A DNA stretch of 64,000 nucleotides from an uncultured virus (IMG/VR IMGVR_UViG_3300035188_001343) (lineage: Duplodnaviria; Heunggongvirae; Uroviricota; Caudoviricetes). Under the pieces are notes generated by a model. It saw only the letters and a program-made list of their open reading frames with translations. It was not told the origin of the DNA and searched no databases. The stretch is taken from IMG/VR virus record IMGVR_UViG_3300035188_001343. The stretch is one strand, 5' to 3'. Below, one piece after another: positions 9,998-20,629 of this stretch (the stretch's first letter is position 1; the number at the start of each line of letters is the position of its first letter). The position numbers and the translations under genes are program-made.

Positions 9998-10762
9998 ATG
10001 CTCAAAGATGTATTATCAACATTACCATCATTAGATGAAAATAAAAGAGTAGTTTCAGTTTTAAGTGGTGGTTTAGATTCTACTATTGTAACTTACACAT
10101 TAGTTGAAAAATATGGAAAAGATAATGTAGTAGCATTATCATTTAACTATGGACAAACACATTCCAACGAACTTGATAAAGCGGTTACTACATGCAAAAA
10201 ATTGGGTATTGCACACCACGTTATCGATATTAGTTTTTTAGGTGATGTTATTAAAAATGTGTCAGCATTATCAGATGCTGGAAATGTTGAAATGCCTACC
10301 ATCGAGGACATTTTAGGATTAGCAACACCACCTACTTATGTGCCATATCGAAATTTATTGATGTTTTCTATTGCTCTGTCATTTGCAGAAAGTAATAACG
10401 CACAATTTGTGATGAATGGTTTACAGGCACATGATGAATATAGTTATTGGGACACAACTAAAGAATTTGTTAGTCGAATGAATAAAATCTCAGAGTTGAA
10501 TAGGGAGCAATTTATCGAAATTGTTTCACCATTTGTTGAATTTAGTAAATATGAGGAAATTTCGGTTGGTAAAGAACTTAACGTTCCGTGGATTGATACC
10601 TGGACATGCTATACTGGTGAACACGGTAATGGTGCTTGTGGTAAATGCCCTTCTTGTTCAGAACGCATTATGAATTTCGCAAAAGCTGGTATTATGGATG
10701 ATTGTCTATATGAGATTGAAATTCCATGGGATAGATTGATTGAGGAAAATTCAGAAATATAA
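9998..10762 (+). CDS. queC: 7-cyano-7-deazaguanine synthase
   Basis: SGGLDS, FNYGQ, TYVPYRN, TWTCY-x7-CGKCPSC zinc motif. Confidence 0.95.
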   Translation: MLKDVLSTLPSLDENKRVVSVLSGGLDSTIVTYTLVEKYGKDNVVALSFNYGQTHSNELDKAVTTCKKLGIAHHVIDISFLGDVIKNVSALSDAGNVEMPTIEDILGLATPPTYVPYRNLLMFSIALSFAESNNAQFVMNGLQAHDEYSYWDTTKEFVSRMNKISELNREQFIEIVSPFVEFSKYEEISVGKELNVPWIDTWTCYTGEHGNGACGKCPSCSERIMNFAKAGIMDDCLYEIEIPWDRLIEENSEI

Positions 10763-10764
10763 GT

Positions 10765-12201
10765 ATGAGTTTAGCAGTTATAACTAAGACCATTGGTGAT
10801 ATTGATGAATTTAAGAATCTTTACTTCGATAATAAAAAGACACTGGTAGAAATTTTGGATACTTATAATTTACCTCACAAATATGCGGATAATTTGCGAA
10901 AATTTGCATTAGGGTTGGGATTTCCAAAAAAATCTGATATTCACAAGGATGTGATCAACAGTATTGATGTGGTAGAATTTAAAAAATTATATTTAAATGA
11001 TCTGATGACTGTAAAAGAATTAGCCACACATTTTAATGTTGGGCGATTTACCATTGAAAAATTAATCACAAAAAATAAATTAAACAAGAGTAAAGACGAA
11101 TGGTTGAAAACTGTTAAAAGATCAATACGTCAATCTTATGGTGTGAATAATGTTTCCGAACTTGAGTTTGTGAAAAAATCGAAATCAAAAAACACATTCA
11201 TTCAAAATTTAGATATTTCTGAATTCAAAAAAAAATATAAGGAATTAGGTAATACAGAATTAGCAAAACATTACAATATAAGTACACATTATGTTTCTAA
11301 ATTATTACACCGATTTGGTGTTGAAAGAAATGAACGTGTTAATTCTTTAGAATTGGAAATTAAAAATTGGTTAATTCATGGACTAGGTATTATCGACCTT
11401 AAAGTAAATGATAGGGTGGTGTTGTCTGGAAAAGAAATTGATTTTTTGTCACCAACTAATAATTTTGGTATTGAATTTAACGGTATGTTTTGGCACAATG
11501 ATTTGATCGTGAATGAAACTTATCATCTCGTTAAAACAAAAAAAGCTACGGAGAAAGGTATCGATTTGTACCACATATTTGAATTTGAATGGATAACAAA
11601 AAAGGAAATCATTAAGTCAATAATTAGACAAAAATTAAAATTGACACCGAGAACAATTCATATAAATCAGTGTAATGTGCAATGGATTACAAAGAATGAA
11701 AAAGAAAAATTTTTGACAGAAAACCATATATTTGGTGACGATGATTCTGAAACACATATTGGTTTATTTTTCAACACTGAATTAGTTGAAGTATTAACTA
11801 TCGGTAAATCCTACCAATACCAATATACAATTTTCAATTCAGTGAGAAAATTGAATGTCTATGTTAATGGTGGTATTGAAAAATTATGGAGGTTTTTTGT
11901 GAAATATCATGATCCATCAACGGTTGTGGTGTATGAGGATATTAGATTTTGTCCATCAAACTCACAGTATGAAGAATTGGGGTTCATTTTGTCTAATTAT
12001 ATTCCCCCTGAATCATATTACTTCAACAATAGAAACCCATTAAAAATTTTTTCATCTAAAAAATTTAAAAAAGACCCCCACCATTATACCGAAAATTTCT
12101 TGTATAATTCAAACAAAACTGAAATAGAAAATATGCGAGAAAATAATTATTTACGATTTTGGGATTGTGGCAAAAAAGTACTTGTATGGAACAAAAAATA
12201 G
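10765..12201 (+). CDS. free-standing homing-endonuclease-like protein
   Basis: HTH-like repeats, YGVNNVS, EIDF...GIEFNGMFWH nuclease motif, C-terminal WDCG. Confidence 0.7.
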   Translation: MSLAVITKTIGDIDEFKNLYFDNKKTLVEILDTYNLPHKYADNLRKFALGLGFPKKSDIHKDVINSIDVVEFKKLYLNDLMTVKELATHFNVGRFTIEKLITKNKLNKSKDEWLKTVKRSIRQSYGVNNVSELEFVKKSKSKNTFIQNLDISEFKKKYKELGNTELAKHYNISTHYVSKLLHRFGVERNERVNSLELEIKNWLIHGLGIIDLKVNDRVVLSGKEIDFLSPTNNFGIEFNGMFWHNDLIVNETYHLVKTKKATEKGIDLYHIFEFEWITKKEIIKSIIRQKLKLTPRTIHINQCNVQWITKNEKEKFLTENHIFGDDDSETHIGLFFNTELVEVLTIGKSYQYQYTIFNSVRKLNVYVNGGIEKLWRFFVKYHDPSTVVVYEDIRFCPSNSQYEELGFILSNYIPPESYYFNNRNPLKIFSSKKFKKDPHHYTENFLYNSNKTEIENMRENNYLRFWDCGKKVLVWNKK

Positions 12202-12255
12202 TGTTTTAAGTATCAAAAACAATTTAAAAAAATTAAACTAAACAAATTTTGGAGT

Positions 12256-12861
12256 ATGACAATGCAATTAGTAGTTAATATCGATTCATCAAATTTTGGT
12301 ATAACCGTTGAAAAATTATTTGAAGAATTATCTGTTGATGATAAACGAGATTTAGCAAAACAAATGTTACATAAATTTTTAGAGGAACCTGTAAATATGG
12401 AAAGACAGGTTCGAGAACAAATGGTTATAAATGAGTTAATGAAGCAAAACGATTACAATGGTAAACCTACATTTACTGATGAAAACTCCGCAAGGTATAG
12501 CTATAAATTCAAAGAAATAATGAGGGATTTTAAGTCATCAAAAGAAACTATGATTGAAAAAACCACGGCGGAAATGACAAAATTGTTCTCAAATTTGGTA
12601 ACAGATATGGTTAATGAAAGTCCTGAATGTAAACTACAAGCGGAAGTAATTCAGAAATCTGTTGAGGATGCTTTCCCTGAAATGGTTCAAATTGCATTGA
12701 CTAATGCTGTTGCTACTCAATTACAAAACGCAACTTTTGCTATTAGTCAACAAAATTTATTATCCGATAGAGTTACTAGATTAACTAATAACATTAGATA
12801 TACTTTGAACACTCGTGGTATGAATATACAGGATCATGAAATACCTTCCGGAAATTGGTAA
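12256..12861 (+). CDS. hypothetical helical protein
   Basis: GGAG SD, 201-aa ORF. Confidence 0.6.
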   Translation: MTMQLVVNIDSSNFGITVEKLFEELSVDDKRDLAKQMLHKFLEEPVNMERQVREQMVINELMKQNDYNGKPTFTDENSARYSYKFKEIMRDFKSSKETMIEKTTAEMTKLFSNLVTDMVNESPECKLQAEVIQKSVEDAFPEMVQIALTNAVATQLQNATFAISQQNLLSDRVTRLTNNIRYTLNTRGMNIQDHEIPSGNW

Positions 12862-12866
12862 AAAAT

Positions 12867-13598
12867 ATGAGTAAAGATTTTGATTTGCAGTTTGGTGGTG
12901 AAATTATTGAAAAACCGACAGTTAAGACTACCAACAAAGGGGATGAAAAACTTATTAAAAGTAAGGATTGGATACCCCCATCTGATATGAATTCAGATGA
13001 AAAGGTTTTAAGACATCCCATTTTTGAAAAAGCTTTTTCACAGATTTTAAAACAATGGAAACCAAAAAGTAATGTTGCTTTTTTAAGTTTGTGTACAAGT
13101 TCAAGACCATATTCAAAATCTACAAAATATCAGAAATTCATTGAACGATTTGGTGATCATGTGGATTTTGTAGTAGTATCAAATGGAGGTTTTATTCCAC
13201 CCGATTATTGGAATAGTTGGCCGTTTAAAAACTATGATTCACCTCACGAACCAGATGGTTCGGTAGATGAATTATATCAAGAGGTCATGTATGATAGGTT
13301 GGTGAGATTTTTTAATACTTTTGATTATGAATATGTAATTGCTAATTTTCGACCAAATCTTAGAAATTGTAAACCAGCAACAGAGGGATTACAGTTGATG
13401 AAGGAAACGGGTAGAATTACAGATTTTGCAGTTATCCCCGATAAAGAATTATACGATAAAGCTGCAGAAGATGGTTGGAGGGGTAAAAATGGTTGTGGGG
13501 CAATTTTCCCTGATTTACATCTTTTTATTATCACAGAATTAGAAAACAAAGCGAAATCTTGGTCTAATTATAGATCACCCTCAAATAGTCTTTTTTAA
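12867..13598 (+). CDS. ArcS/DUF5591-like protein paralogue 1
   Basis: LCTSSRPYSKS and SNGGFIP...WPFKNYD resemble the ArcS PCSxxKPYSxS and PLGxVP..YP...YD motifs. Confidence 0.6.
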   Translation: MSKDFDLQFGGEIIEKPTVKTTNKGDEKLIKSKDWIPPSDMNSDEKVLRHPIFEKAFSQILKQWKPKSNVAFLSLCTSSRPYSKSTKYQKFIERFGDHVDFVVVSNGGFIPPDYWNSWPFKNYDSPHEPDGSVDELYQEVMYDRLVRFFNTFDYEYVIANFRPNLRNCKPATEGLQLMKETGRITDFAVIPDKELYDKAAEDGWRGKNGCGAIFPDLHLFIITELENKAKSWSNYRSPSNSLF

Positions 13599-13753
13599 CA
13601 AATAGTTTGTTGCAATTTAAAAAAATATTATATCCCAGAAAATTAGTAATTTTTTCATTACCAATTTTTAAAGATATAATATTTTTTTTCAAAATAAATT
13701 CACATTGGCTGATATTGAATTATTATAGTATAATAATTAAAAAAGGATAAATT

Positions 13754-14005
13754 ATGCTAATTAATTTTTGTTTTACTCTACTAATAATGATTACTAACAC
13801 TATATTAGTAGTGTTAACGGCATGTACAATTTATCTATTGTTTTGTACATTCATTCTTATATTTTGCTTAATTTTATTAAACTCATCGCAAGATTATGAT
13901 GGTTTGGAATTATACGCATACAACATATATGATTGGTTTATTGAAAAAAACAAACCTACTATGAAATTATTAGGTGTTTCCCTAGATGATGAATCTCTTA
14001 CTTGA
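13754..14005 (+). CDS. small membrane protein
   Basis: AGGA SD, hydrophobic N-half. Confidence 0.5.
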   Translation: MLINFCFTLLIMITNTILVVLTACTIYLLFCTFILIFCLILLNSSQDYDGLELYAYNIYDWFIEKNKPTMKLLGVSLDDESLT

Positions 14006-14016
14006 AAATAATTACT

Positions 14017-14487
14017 ATGAAATCAATATCATTAACTAAAATTCTGTTTGGTTTTTTAATCGCTACAACATTTACGAATGTTTATGCTGAGGACGATTTT
14101 TCATTAACACCAGAACAAATAGAAGTGTTGAAAAAGGCTAATGAATTAAACCCAATTGAACCATGGAATCCTAAAAAAATATGGTCATCAATTATTAATG
14201 ATGATGGCACATTTGATTATGGTGATAAAGTTCCTAAAATTCCAGAAGTGCAGTCTATCCCTCAAAAAACTATCAACCATACCAAGGTGAAACAGTCAAA
14301 CCCACCATTAGCAAAAATAACCCCTGTAGTAACTCCACCTCGAAAAAATGTAGTGGTGAAAAACAGTGAACCATCAAAAATATTGATGCCGACCCAAATT
14401 AAAAAATCAACAACACCATTAGTAGTGGCGACAGTTAAAAAGATAGATATGCCGAAACCAACAATCAGCAAAAATAACATAAAATAA
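14017..14487 (+). CDS. secreted Pro/Lys-rich protein
   Basis: Signal-peptide-like N-terminus ending VYA. Confidence 0.55.
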   Translation: MKSISLTKILFGFLIATTFTNVYAEDDFSLTPEQIEVLKKANELNPIEPWNPKKIWSSIINDDGTFDYGDKVPKIPEVQSIPQKTINHTKVKQSNPPLAKITPVVTPPRKNVVVKNSEPSKILMPTQIKKSTTPLVVATVKKIDMPKPTISKNNIK

Positions 14488-14505
14488 ATAAGATTTGAGA
14501 ACATC

Positions 14506-15162
14506 ATGGAAAAAATAGTAAAAAATAAATCAATTTTGGTTGGTGATGAGAAATTAGTTAAAAAGAAAAATTGGATTCCCTTGGATGAAATGAACACCGA
14601 TGTTAAAATTCTCACACATGAACTGTTTGATACTATTTTTAATAAGATTGTACGTGAACATAAGCCAACACACAACATAGCATTTATTTCATTATGTACT
14701 GCAACAAGACCATATCATTTGGGTCGAAAATGGAAAAAATTTGTTTCTGAATTTAGTAACAAAGCTGATCTAATTGTTATTTCGAGTGGAGGAGTAATTC
14801 CTCAAAATTATTGGTGTTCCTTTCCATATCAAAATTATGATGGTGATTCCGCAAAAAGTGCTAATGGGTTATACACTGAAAAATTAGAAAAAAGATTGGT
14901 AAAATTTTTCACTGTACACAACTATGATTATGTAGTAGCTAATTTTCGCCCGAAAATTAGAAACACTCCAGTAGTAAAAAAAGTATTTGACGATTTAAAA
15001 GTTAAAGGGATTATTAAAGATTTTGTGGTTGTTCCAGATGAAGCAGCATATCAAGAACTACAAAATCGAGGATTCCCTGGTGGAAAAATGTATCCCGATT
15101 TAGATGAATTAATCTTTGAAAAAATAAAACAATCTGTTGATAATTATATCGATATATTGTGA
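14506..15162 (+). CDS. ArcS/DUF5591-like protein paralogue 2
   Basis: LCTATRPYH, SSGGVIP...FPYQNYD, YVVANFRP; aligns by eye along its length with 12867..13598. Confidence 0.6.
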   Translation: MEKIVKNKSILVGDEKLVKKKNWIPLDEMNTDVKILTHELFDTIFNKIVREHKPTHNIAFISLCTATRPYHLGRKWKKFVSEFSNKADLIVISSGGVIPQNYWCSFPYQNYDGDSAKSANGLYTEKLEKRLVKFFTVHNYDYVVANFRPKIRNTPVVKKVFDDLKVKGIIKDFVVVPDEAAYQELQNRGFPGGKMYPDLDELIFEKIKQSVDNYIDIL

Positions 15163-15173
15163 ATATTAAAATT

Positions 15174-15226
15174 AAAAAATCTCCAAAGTTATTGTATAAT
15201 TTAAAATAAAACTTTGGAGATTTTTT
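15174..15226 (+). promoter_or_regulatory. 17-bp inverted repeat enclosing a TATAAT box and pairing the SD of the downstream gene
   Basis: AAAAAATCTCCAAAGTT-attgtataatttaaaataa-AACTTTGGAGATTTTTT, ATG at 15230. Confidence 0.7.
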
Positions 15227-15229
15227 TTC

Positions 15230-16885
15230 ATGTTAGAACCAAATGCGAGTATCCCAGTTAATGGGGTTATGTTTGACTATGTGTCAGGTTCATTAACCCC
15301 ATTTTTCAAATTAAAACACAAAGATCCAAAAATAGCAATCAACAACTATAATGATTTTGTTGGTCTAATGAACTATACCAAATCAATGTTGAAAGGTTAT
15401 TTTTCATGGAGCACACTGTTTAACGCTTTCCAAGAAGAAAGTGATGGAAAATTTCTTACAGAAAATAATAAATTAAACCATTTATTTACCTATTCTGATA
15501 GTGGTGGATTACAGGCTGCCAGAAGAAATATGATTATTGATGATGTATTGAAAGAAAGAATTTATACGGTGCAACATAACTATTCGGATATTGCAATGAC
15601 TTTCGATGAAATGCCATTTAAAAACATATCTGTTAATGCCGGTACTGCAATTGTTGGTACTTCATCCAGATGTTATATCCGAGATTTAATACAATCTACC
15701 GCAGAACATTCTGCACAACATATTAGAAAACAAATTGAGATGTTTGATTCATTTGGATCGAATACGAAGATTGTTCCCATCATACATGGTTTTCGACCAA
15801 GCAAAGGTTATTTTCGTGGAGAAACCGACAACACTTATGTCGATTATGCAAAATATATGTTTGATAAAATTGACAATTCATCCAAGCATATTCACGGGTT
15901 GAGTATTGCTTCATTAACCACACATCCAGATAATCGAGTTGGTATTTTAAAAGTTATTGATTATGTTCCTAGAACATTAGCTAGTAAAGATATTCCCGAT
16001 GAAAATTTAGAACATGTACATTTGTTAGGGTTAGCCAGTCCGCAGAGAATTTTACCTGTTCTAGCTCTTGTTAAACATGGGTTGATTGACAAAAGAGTTA
16101 AACGAATTTCATTCGATTCTACTGCAATTACGAAGGCTTATACTATTGGGCGGGTATTCAGAAATTATGACGAATATAAAAATGTTGAACAAAATAAAGA
16201 TTTTCACCCAGAATTAACTTTACAAAATTATAAAAACCCCAATTCTAAAAATGTCAGACAATACTATCAACAGGTACATAAGTATTTTCAGAATTATGAA
16301 AATTACCCTTTTAACAGTTGGGAAGAATTAGCTGATCACTCACCAAATAATGGTGATAGAAGACCAGCTGGTGTACAGGCTAAAGAAAAGGGTCGTGAAT
16401 TTGAATTAAAAATGTTGGCACAGGTGAGAATTAGTAGTATGTATCTCACTTATGTTTATCTCGATACATTAGAAAGATATATTAGTGGTGATTTAACGAT
16501 AGATGATTTGGCTCATTATAACACAGATATTGCAGCAATGTATCATGATATTGAACGAAACGCAACCAACATGCATGATATTTTTGAAATTGTGGAAAAA
16601 CATTATCAAAAAGTAAAAGCCGAAATTGATAAATCTGTAGATACTCTCGATGAATTTGATAATGAGCTTAAAAAAGCCACATCCATTCAAACAACAGGTC
16701 ATGAGGAAGCAAATGTTTTATTTTGTGATGAAGGTAAAGAAAAAGCCAGTGAAACGGTAAAAAAAATGAAAGAACATAATTATGAAATGACCAGAGGTAG
16801 AACAAATTTCAAACGTACTCAACGAAAAGCACATAATGATACTGACAATATAAGCGCAGTGGATATTACTAGTGAATTATTTTGA
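15230..16885 (+). CDS. TGT/DpdA-like paralogue 2
   Basis: LFNAFQE, SDSGGLQ, MTFDE, IIHG, HVHLLG, SFDS. Confidence 0.8.
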   Translation: MLEPNASIPVNGVMFDYVSGSLTPFFKLKHKDPKIAINNYNDFVGLMNYTKSMLKGYFSWSTLFNAFQEESDGKFLTENNKLNHLFTYSDSGGLQAARRNMIIDDVLKERIYTVQHNYSDIAMTFDEMPFKNISVNAGTAIVGTSSRCYIRDLIQSTAEHSAQHIRKQIEMFDSFGSNTKIVPIIHGFRPSKGYFRGETDNTYVDYAKYMFDKIDNSSKHIHGLSIASLTTHPDNRVGILKVIDYVPRTLASKDIPDENLEHVHLLGLASPQRILPVLALVKHGLIDKRVKRISFDSTAITKAYTIGRVFRNYDEYKNVEQNKDFHPELTLQNYKNPNSKNVRQYYQQVHKYFQNYENYPFNSWEELADHSPNNGDRRPAGVQAKEKGREFELKMLAQVRISSMYLTYVYLDTLERYISGDLTIDDLAHYNTDIAAMYHDIERNATNMHDIFEIVEKHYQKVKAEIDKSVDTLDEFDNELKKATSIQTTGHEEANVLFCDEGKEKASETVKKMKEHNYEMTRGRTNFKRTQRKAHNDTDNISAVDITSELF

Positions 16886-16951
16886 TTTTTTTAGAGTCAC
16901 TACCCAACACATTTTAGTATAATTAATTTAAAATAATTAACACGGAAATTT

Positions 16952-18463
16952 ATGAAAACTATCAAAAATAAGGAGGTGCCTGTACGTCTACAATTAGTAC
17001 TTTCGGGAGTTCCAGGTTATTTCAAGTTAAGAAGTAAACATGATGATTTATTTAAAATAACTGCAATTTCATTACGATGTGGGTTAGATTACATTGAAAG
17101 TAAATTGCCAGGTAATGTGGATATACATGGGTTATATAATGCTTATACCGAAGAAAATATGGCTAGACGTGCTGCAGATGATTCAATAAACGAACCATTT
17201 ACTAAAATTTTTCCAAATGGGTTACATGCAGATTCAGGTGGGTTACAAATGGTTACTCTTGGTAAAGGAACTATTACCGCATCTGATCGATTAAAAATTT
17301 ATAAAACCCAGGCAACTTATTCACATTATGCAATGAGTTTTGATGAAATTCCCTCATTGATACAAGATGATGTTAGATATTACCTACCCCATATTGTTAT
17401 GGAAAAAGGTATTCAGAGTGGGGCAAATTTAAAAGAACAGTACGATTATTTTGAAACAATCGATACAAACTGTAAAATCATCCCAATCGCACAAGGTTGG
17501 GGAATCGATGATACAAATACATTTGCAAAAGGATTATTTGGTCAACTAACCAAGGAGCAGTATGATAAAGTTGATGTAGTAGCAACGGGTTTTCCAACAA
17601 CCGCAATTTACGCCACTGCAAAACGTGTGTATGATATGTTTAAAGCGACTGAAATTCCAGTTAAAGCAAAGAAACATGTACATCTATTGGGTGTCACTGG
17701 ATTTAAGCGATTAATTCCAGCATTAATAATGATTAAAAATGGTTTCACCCCACAATTAGAAATTTTGAGTTTTGATTCAGTTACGATCACGATGAGTTAT
17801 GTAATGGGGAATCAAGTTCCTACAGTGGAAAACTTTTTAACAGGACAAACTAAAATAAAACTCGGTAAGAAAAGAAATTCTACAGTAGAAAAATATTGGC
17901 AGGATATTTATGATTTTTGGAAAGATGACCCAAACTTTATTTTTGATGATTTGGATGATCTAATCGACCACAGTTATTATAATAAAAAAGGTTTAAACAG
18001 TGGTTTTCAACAATATGAACATTACTTACAAGCCGATGAAAATGGTAATTTTACAGATGAAAACAAGATTATTGCAGATTTGCATTTTACAAAGGTGTTG
18101 AAACAAGAACAGTATTACATTTTATATCAGGTACATAATTATGTCCAAATATTAGAATCATTTTTAGAAGATAAGATAAAACTTGAACATATATTTGATG
18201 GTAAAAATTTAGAAATATTTTCTGCATTGGAAAAAGTTAAAACGGATGAAGAATTCACCGATTGGTTTTCATATGTACAAAAAGTTACTGGGTTTAAAGT
18301 TCCAGTATTGGATGGAAATCACTTAAATAATATTGACATAGTACAAACTTTATTTGGTGTGGATATGGTTACTGAGGAAAGAGAACGTAAAAAACAACCT
18401 GCGAGAATTACCAAGCCTGTCAAAACTCAAGATGATACGACTACTACAAATTTATTATTTTAA
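16952..18463 (+). CDS. TGT/DpdA-like paralogue 3
   Basis: LYNAYTE, ADSGGLQ, MSFDE, IAQG, HVHLLG, SFDS. Confidence 0.8.
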   Translation: MKTIKNKEVPVRLQLVLSGVPGYFKLRSKHDDLFKITAISLRCGLDYIESKLPGNVDIHGLYNAYTEENMARRAADDSINEPFTKIFPNGLHADSGGLQMVTLGKGTITASDRLKIYKTQATYSHYAMSFDEIPSLIQDDVRYYLPHIVMEKGIQSGANLKEQYDYFETIDTNCKIIPIAQGWGIDDTNTFAKGLFGQLTKEQYDKVDVVATGFPTTAIYATAKRVYDMFKATEIPVKAKKHVHLLGVTGFKRLIPALIMIKNGFTPQLEILSFDSVTITMSYVMGNQVPTVENFLTGQTKIKLGKKRNSTVEKYWQDIYDFWKDDPNFIFDDLDDLIDHSYYNKKGLNSGFQQYEHYLQADENGNFTDENKIIADLHFTKVLKQEQYYILYQVHNYVQILESFLEDKIKLEHIFDGKNLEIFSALEKVKTDEEFTDWFSYVQKVTGFKVPVLDGNHLNNIDIVQTLFGVDMVTEERERKKQPARITKPVKTQDDTTTTNLLF

Positions 18464-18481
18464 TTAGTGAGATAAACCTTT

Positions 18482-18673
18482 ATGATTGAAACTATTGAAA
18501 CTGCCGATTATATAAAATACAAATGTGAAAATTGCACTAAATTCTTTTTGATTGGTTCGGGAATTATAGCAGAAATACAACATAATAAAATTTCAAGTGA
18601 ATCGTGTGATTCTTTTACAAAATTAACCGCATTATGTTCGAGTTGTGTATCAAAATTAAAAATTGAACTATAA
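18482..18673 (+). CDS. small Zn-finger-like protein
   Basis: CxxC...CxxC. Confidence 0.4.
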   Translation: MIETIETADYIKYKCENCTKFFLIGSGIIAEIQHNKISSESCDSFTKLTALCSSCVSKLKIEL

Positions 18674-18684
18674 CTTTTTAAATA

Positions 18685-19095
18685 TTGATTGGAATGAAAA
18701 ATATGACCGCAAATAATATTGATATAATTGGACAAAGATTATGGTTTATCGAAAATTATAATATTCACCATATTGTAATAGTGAATTACTTTTATGATAA
18801 TCTTATGAAAAAAATAGTATTTGAATACTTGACTGCCATTGATGACATTTTAATAGTTCCAGTTATTAAGCAAACAGCAATATATGGTAGTGTAGAGGAC
18901 ATCATGTTTAACTTTGTGTTTTCTAAAACTAAAGAGGAAGCAATCATTAAATTAGCAAAAATATTTACAACTTATTCAACTGTTGTAGATGAACAGGACA
19001 ATTTTTGTACAGAATTAAATGTTAAATTACATTTTTCAACTTTGAAAGATTTTATAGCCTGTGTTACAAATCAATTCCCAGAAAAATTTATCTGA
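18685..19095 (+). CDS. hypothetical protein
   Basis: ORF; ends FPEKFI, similar to the ends of 24930 (YPECII) and 32281 (FPDLAAM). Confidence 0.5.
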   Translation: MIGMKNMTANNIDIIGQRLWFIENYNIHHIVIVNYFYDNLMKKIVFEYLTAIDDILIVPVIKQTAIYGSVEDIMFNFVFSKTKEEAIIKLAKIFTTYSTVVDEQDNFCTELNVKLHFSTLKDFIACVTNQFPEKFI

Positions 19096-20215
19096 TTTCT
19101 AATCTAAAGTTGTAGCCACTATTAATGACTGCCAAAAATTTTAAATTATTCACAACGGTATCACAATTAACAGTGTAACTAGATTTTACTTCAATAATTA
19201 AATTTTCTTTCGGTATGTAAATATCTGGAAAATATCGATGGCAAACTCCATATATTTCATACCAAAATTCTGGCATTCTACTATGATCGGTTATGATGTC
19301 ATCAAAAGAATATCCCTGTTCCTCCAACTCCGACAAAATAATAGGTTCGTACCCTTGAACTAACGATATTTCCCCTGATTTCCAACAATATTCCTTTGTA
19401 TTATAAGATGTTTGTAAATACTTTTCAAATATTTTAGGTGATTGCATTGCGTGTTCAACACCATATTTTTTTAAACATGTTTTTCTACCTTTTTCTCTAA
19501 ACTCTTTTACCTGTAATATATGTTTCACACCATATTTCTTTAAATTGGTTTCCACTATTTTTTCCTTGACTTCCGAACTTTGTGATGAATGTTCAAATCC
19601 GTATTTTTTTAAATTGGTTCTTTTAAGTTTTTGCTTGACTTCCTCTGTTCGCATAGGATGTGTAACACCATAATTTTGTAAACTGGTTTCTATTTTTTTA
19701 ATTTTGATTCTATCTAATTTTGAAACATTTTCAACTCCAAATCGGTGCATACATTGATTCCTATATTTTTCTTGAATTTCTTCATTTTGCATAGGATTTT
19801 CAACACCATATTTTGTTAAATGTGTTTTTTTGATTTTTTCTTTAATTTCGACATTCTGAAAAATATGTTCAACCCCATATTTTGCAAGATTAGTAGCTTT
19901 TATTTTTTCATGTGATGTGGGTAAATGCATGATGTTTTTAACACCATACTTTCTTAAATTACTCAATTCCATTGAGTGTAACCAACAACACGTTTCTTTA
20001 AATCCTTTAAAAATCGAAATGAATTTTGTTTCATTGTTACAGTTTTGATGCTGGCAAATATTTTTTACTAGTGGGTGATAATATTGGTATAATTCAATGT
20101 CGGTTGTTATTGTAGGGTTCATTAAATAATCCAGGCATTCAAGTTTCCATTTTTGAAAATTTTTCGTAAATCCTTGATTTTTGGGTTTGATGAAATATCT
20201 GTTAAAATTATCCAT
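19088..20215 (-). CDS. free-standing homing-endonuclease-like protein with KYGV repeats
   Basis: About 8 repeats T-x2-KYGVxH/N; C-terminal RYFPDIYIPKENLIIEVK. Confidence 0.75.
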   Translation of the reverse strand: MDNFNRYFIKPKNQGFTKNFQKWKLECLDYLMNPTITTDIELYQYYHPLVKNICQHQNCNNETKFISIFKGFKETCCWLHSMELSNLRKYGVKNIMHLPTSHEKIKATNLAKYGVEHIFQNVEIKEKIKKTHLTKYGVENPMQNEEIQEKYRNQCMHRFGVENVSKLDRIKIKKIETSLQNYGVTHPMRTEEVKQKLKRTNLKKYGFEHSSQSSEVKEKIVETNLKKYGVKHILQVKEFREKGRKTCLKKYGVEHAMQSPKIFEKYLQTSYNTKEYCWKSGEISLVQGYEPIILSELEEQGYSFDDIITDHSRMPEFWYEIYGVCHRYFPDIYIPKENLIIEVKSSYTVNCDTVVNNLKFLAVINSGYNFRLEIR

Positions 20216-20368
20216 GATAATATCCTATAGGGAACTAAGTGTTTCTATTATTTTACAAATTATCATCAACAAGGTCTGGATTATTAAAAACATACAACAA
20301 CTAAAAAACTAATTTAATTTTTTTGTATAATATCATTATACATTGAAACCAACCAAGGAGTATAACTT

Positions 20369-20629
20369 ATGGCAACAAAAAAAACTACAGAAAAAACAGA
20401 GAATGCAGAAGCAGAAGTAATGCGAGTTCAAATTTTTGATAATATTTACAATTATAATGATTTATCAGATGATACTAAGAAATTGTTTATTCTCCAGGAT
20501 GATATTCGTCGAGACCTTGCGTTTCACCATGCAAGAGCTGATGCCAGTTTAATGTATATCAGAACCAACTTGGAGAAATTAGTTAAAAATGAAACACCAA
20601 TTGGTGTTGCTGAAAAAGGAACAAAATAA
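20369..20629 (+). CDS. hypothetical protein
   Basis: AGGAG SD; first gene of the groEL transcription unit. Confidence 0.65.
   Translation: MATKKTTEKTENAEAEVMRVQIFDNIYNYNDLSDDTKKLFILQDDIRRDLAFHHARADASLMYIRTNLEKLVKNETPIGVAEKGTK

Noticed and set aside
19400..19960. Periodic repeats as a CRISPR array
   Set aside because: They are degenerate in-frame protein repeats (KYGV) within an ORF, not identical DNA repeats with spacers.
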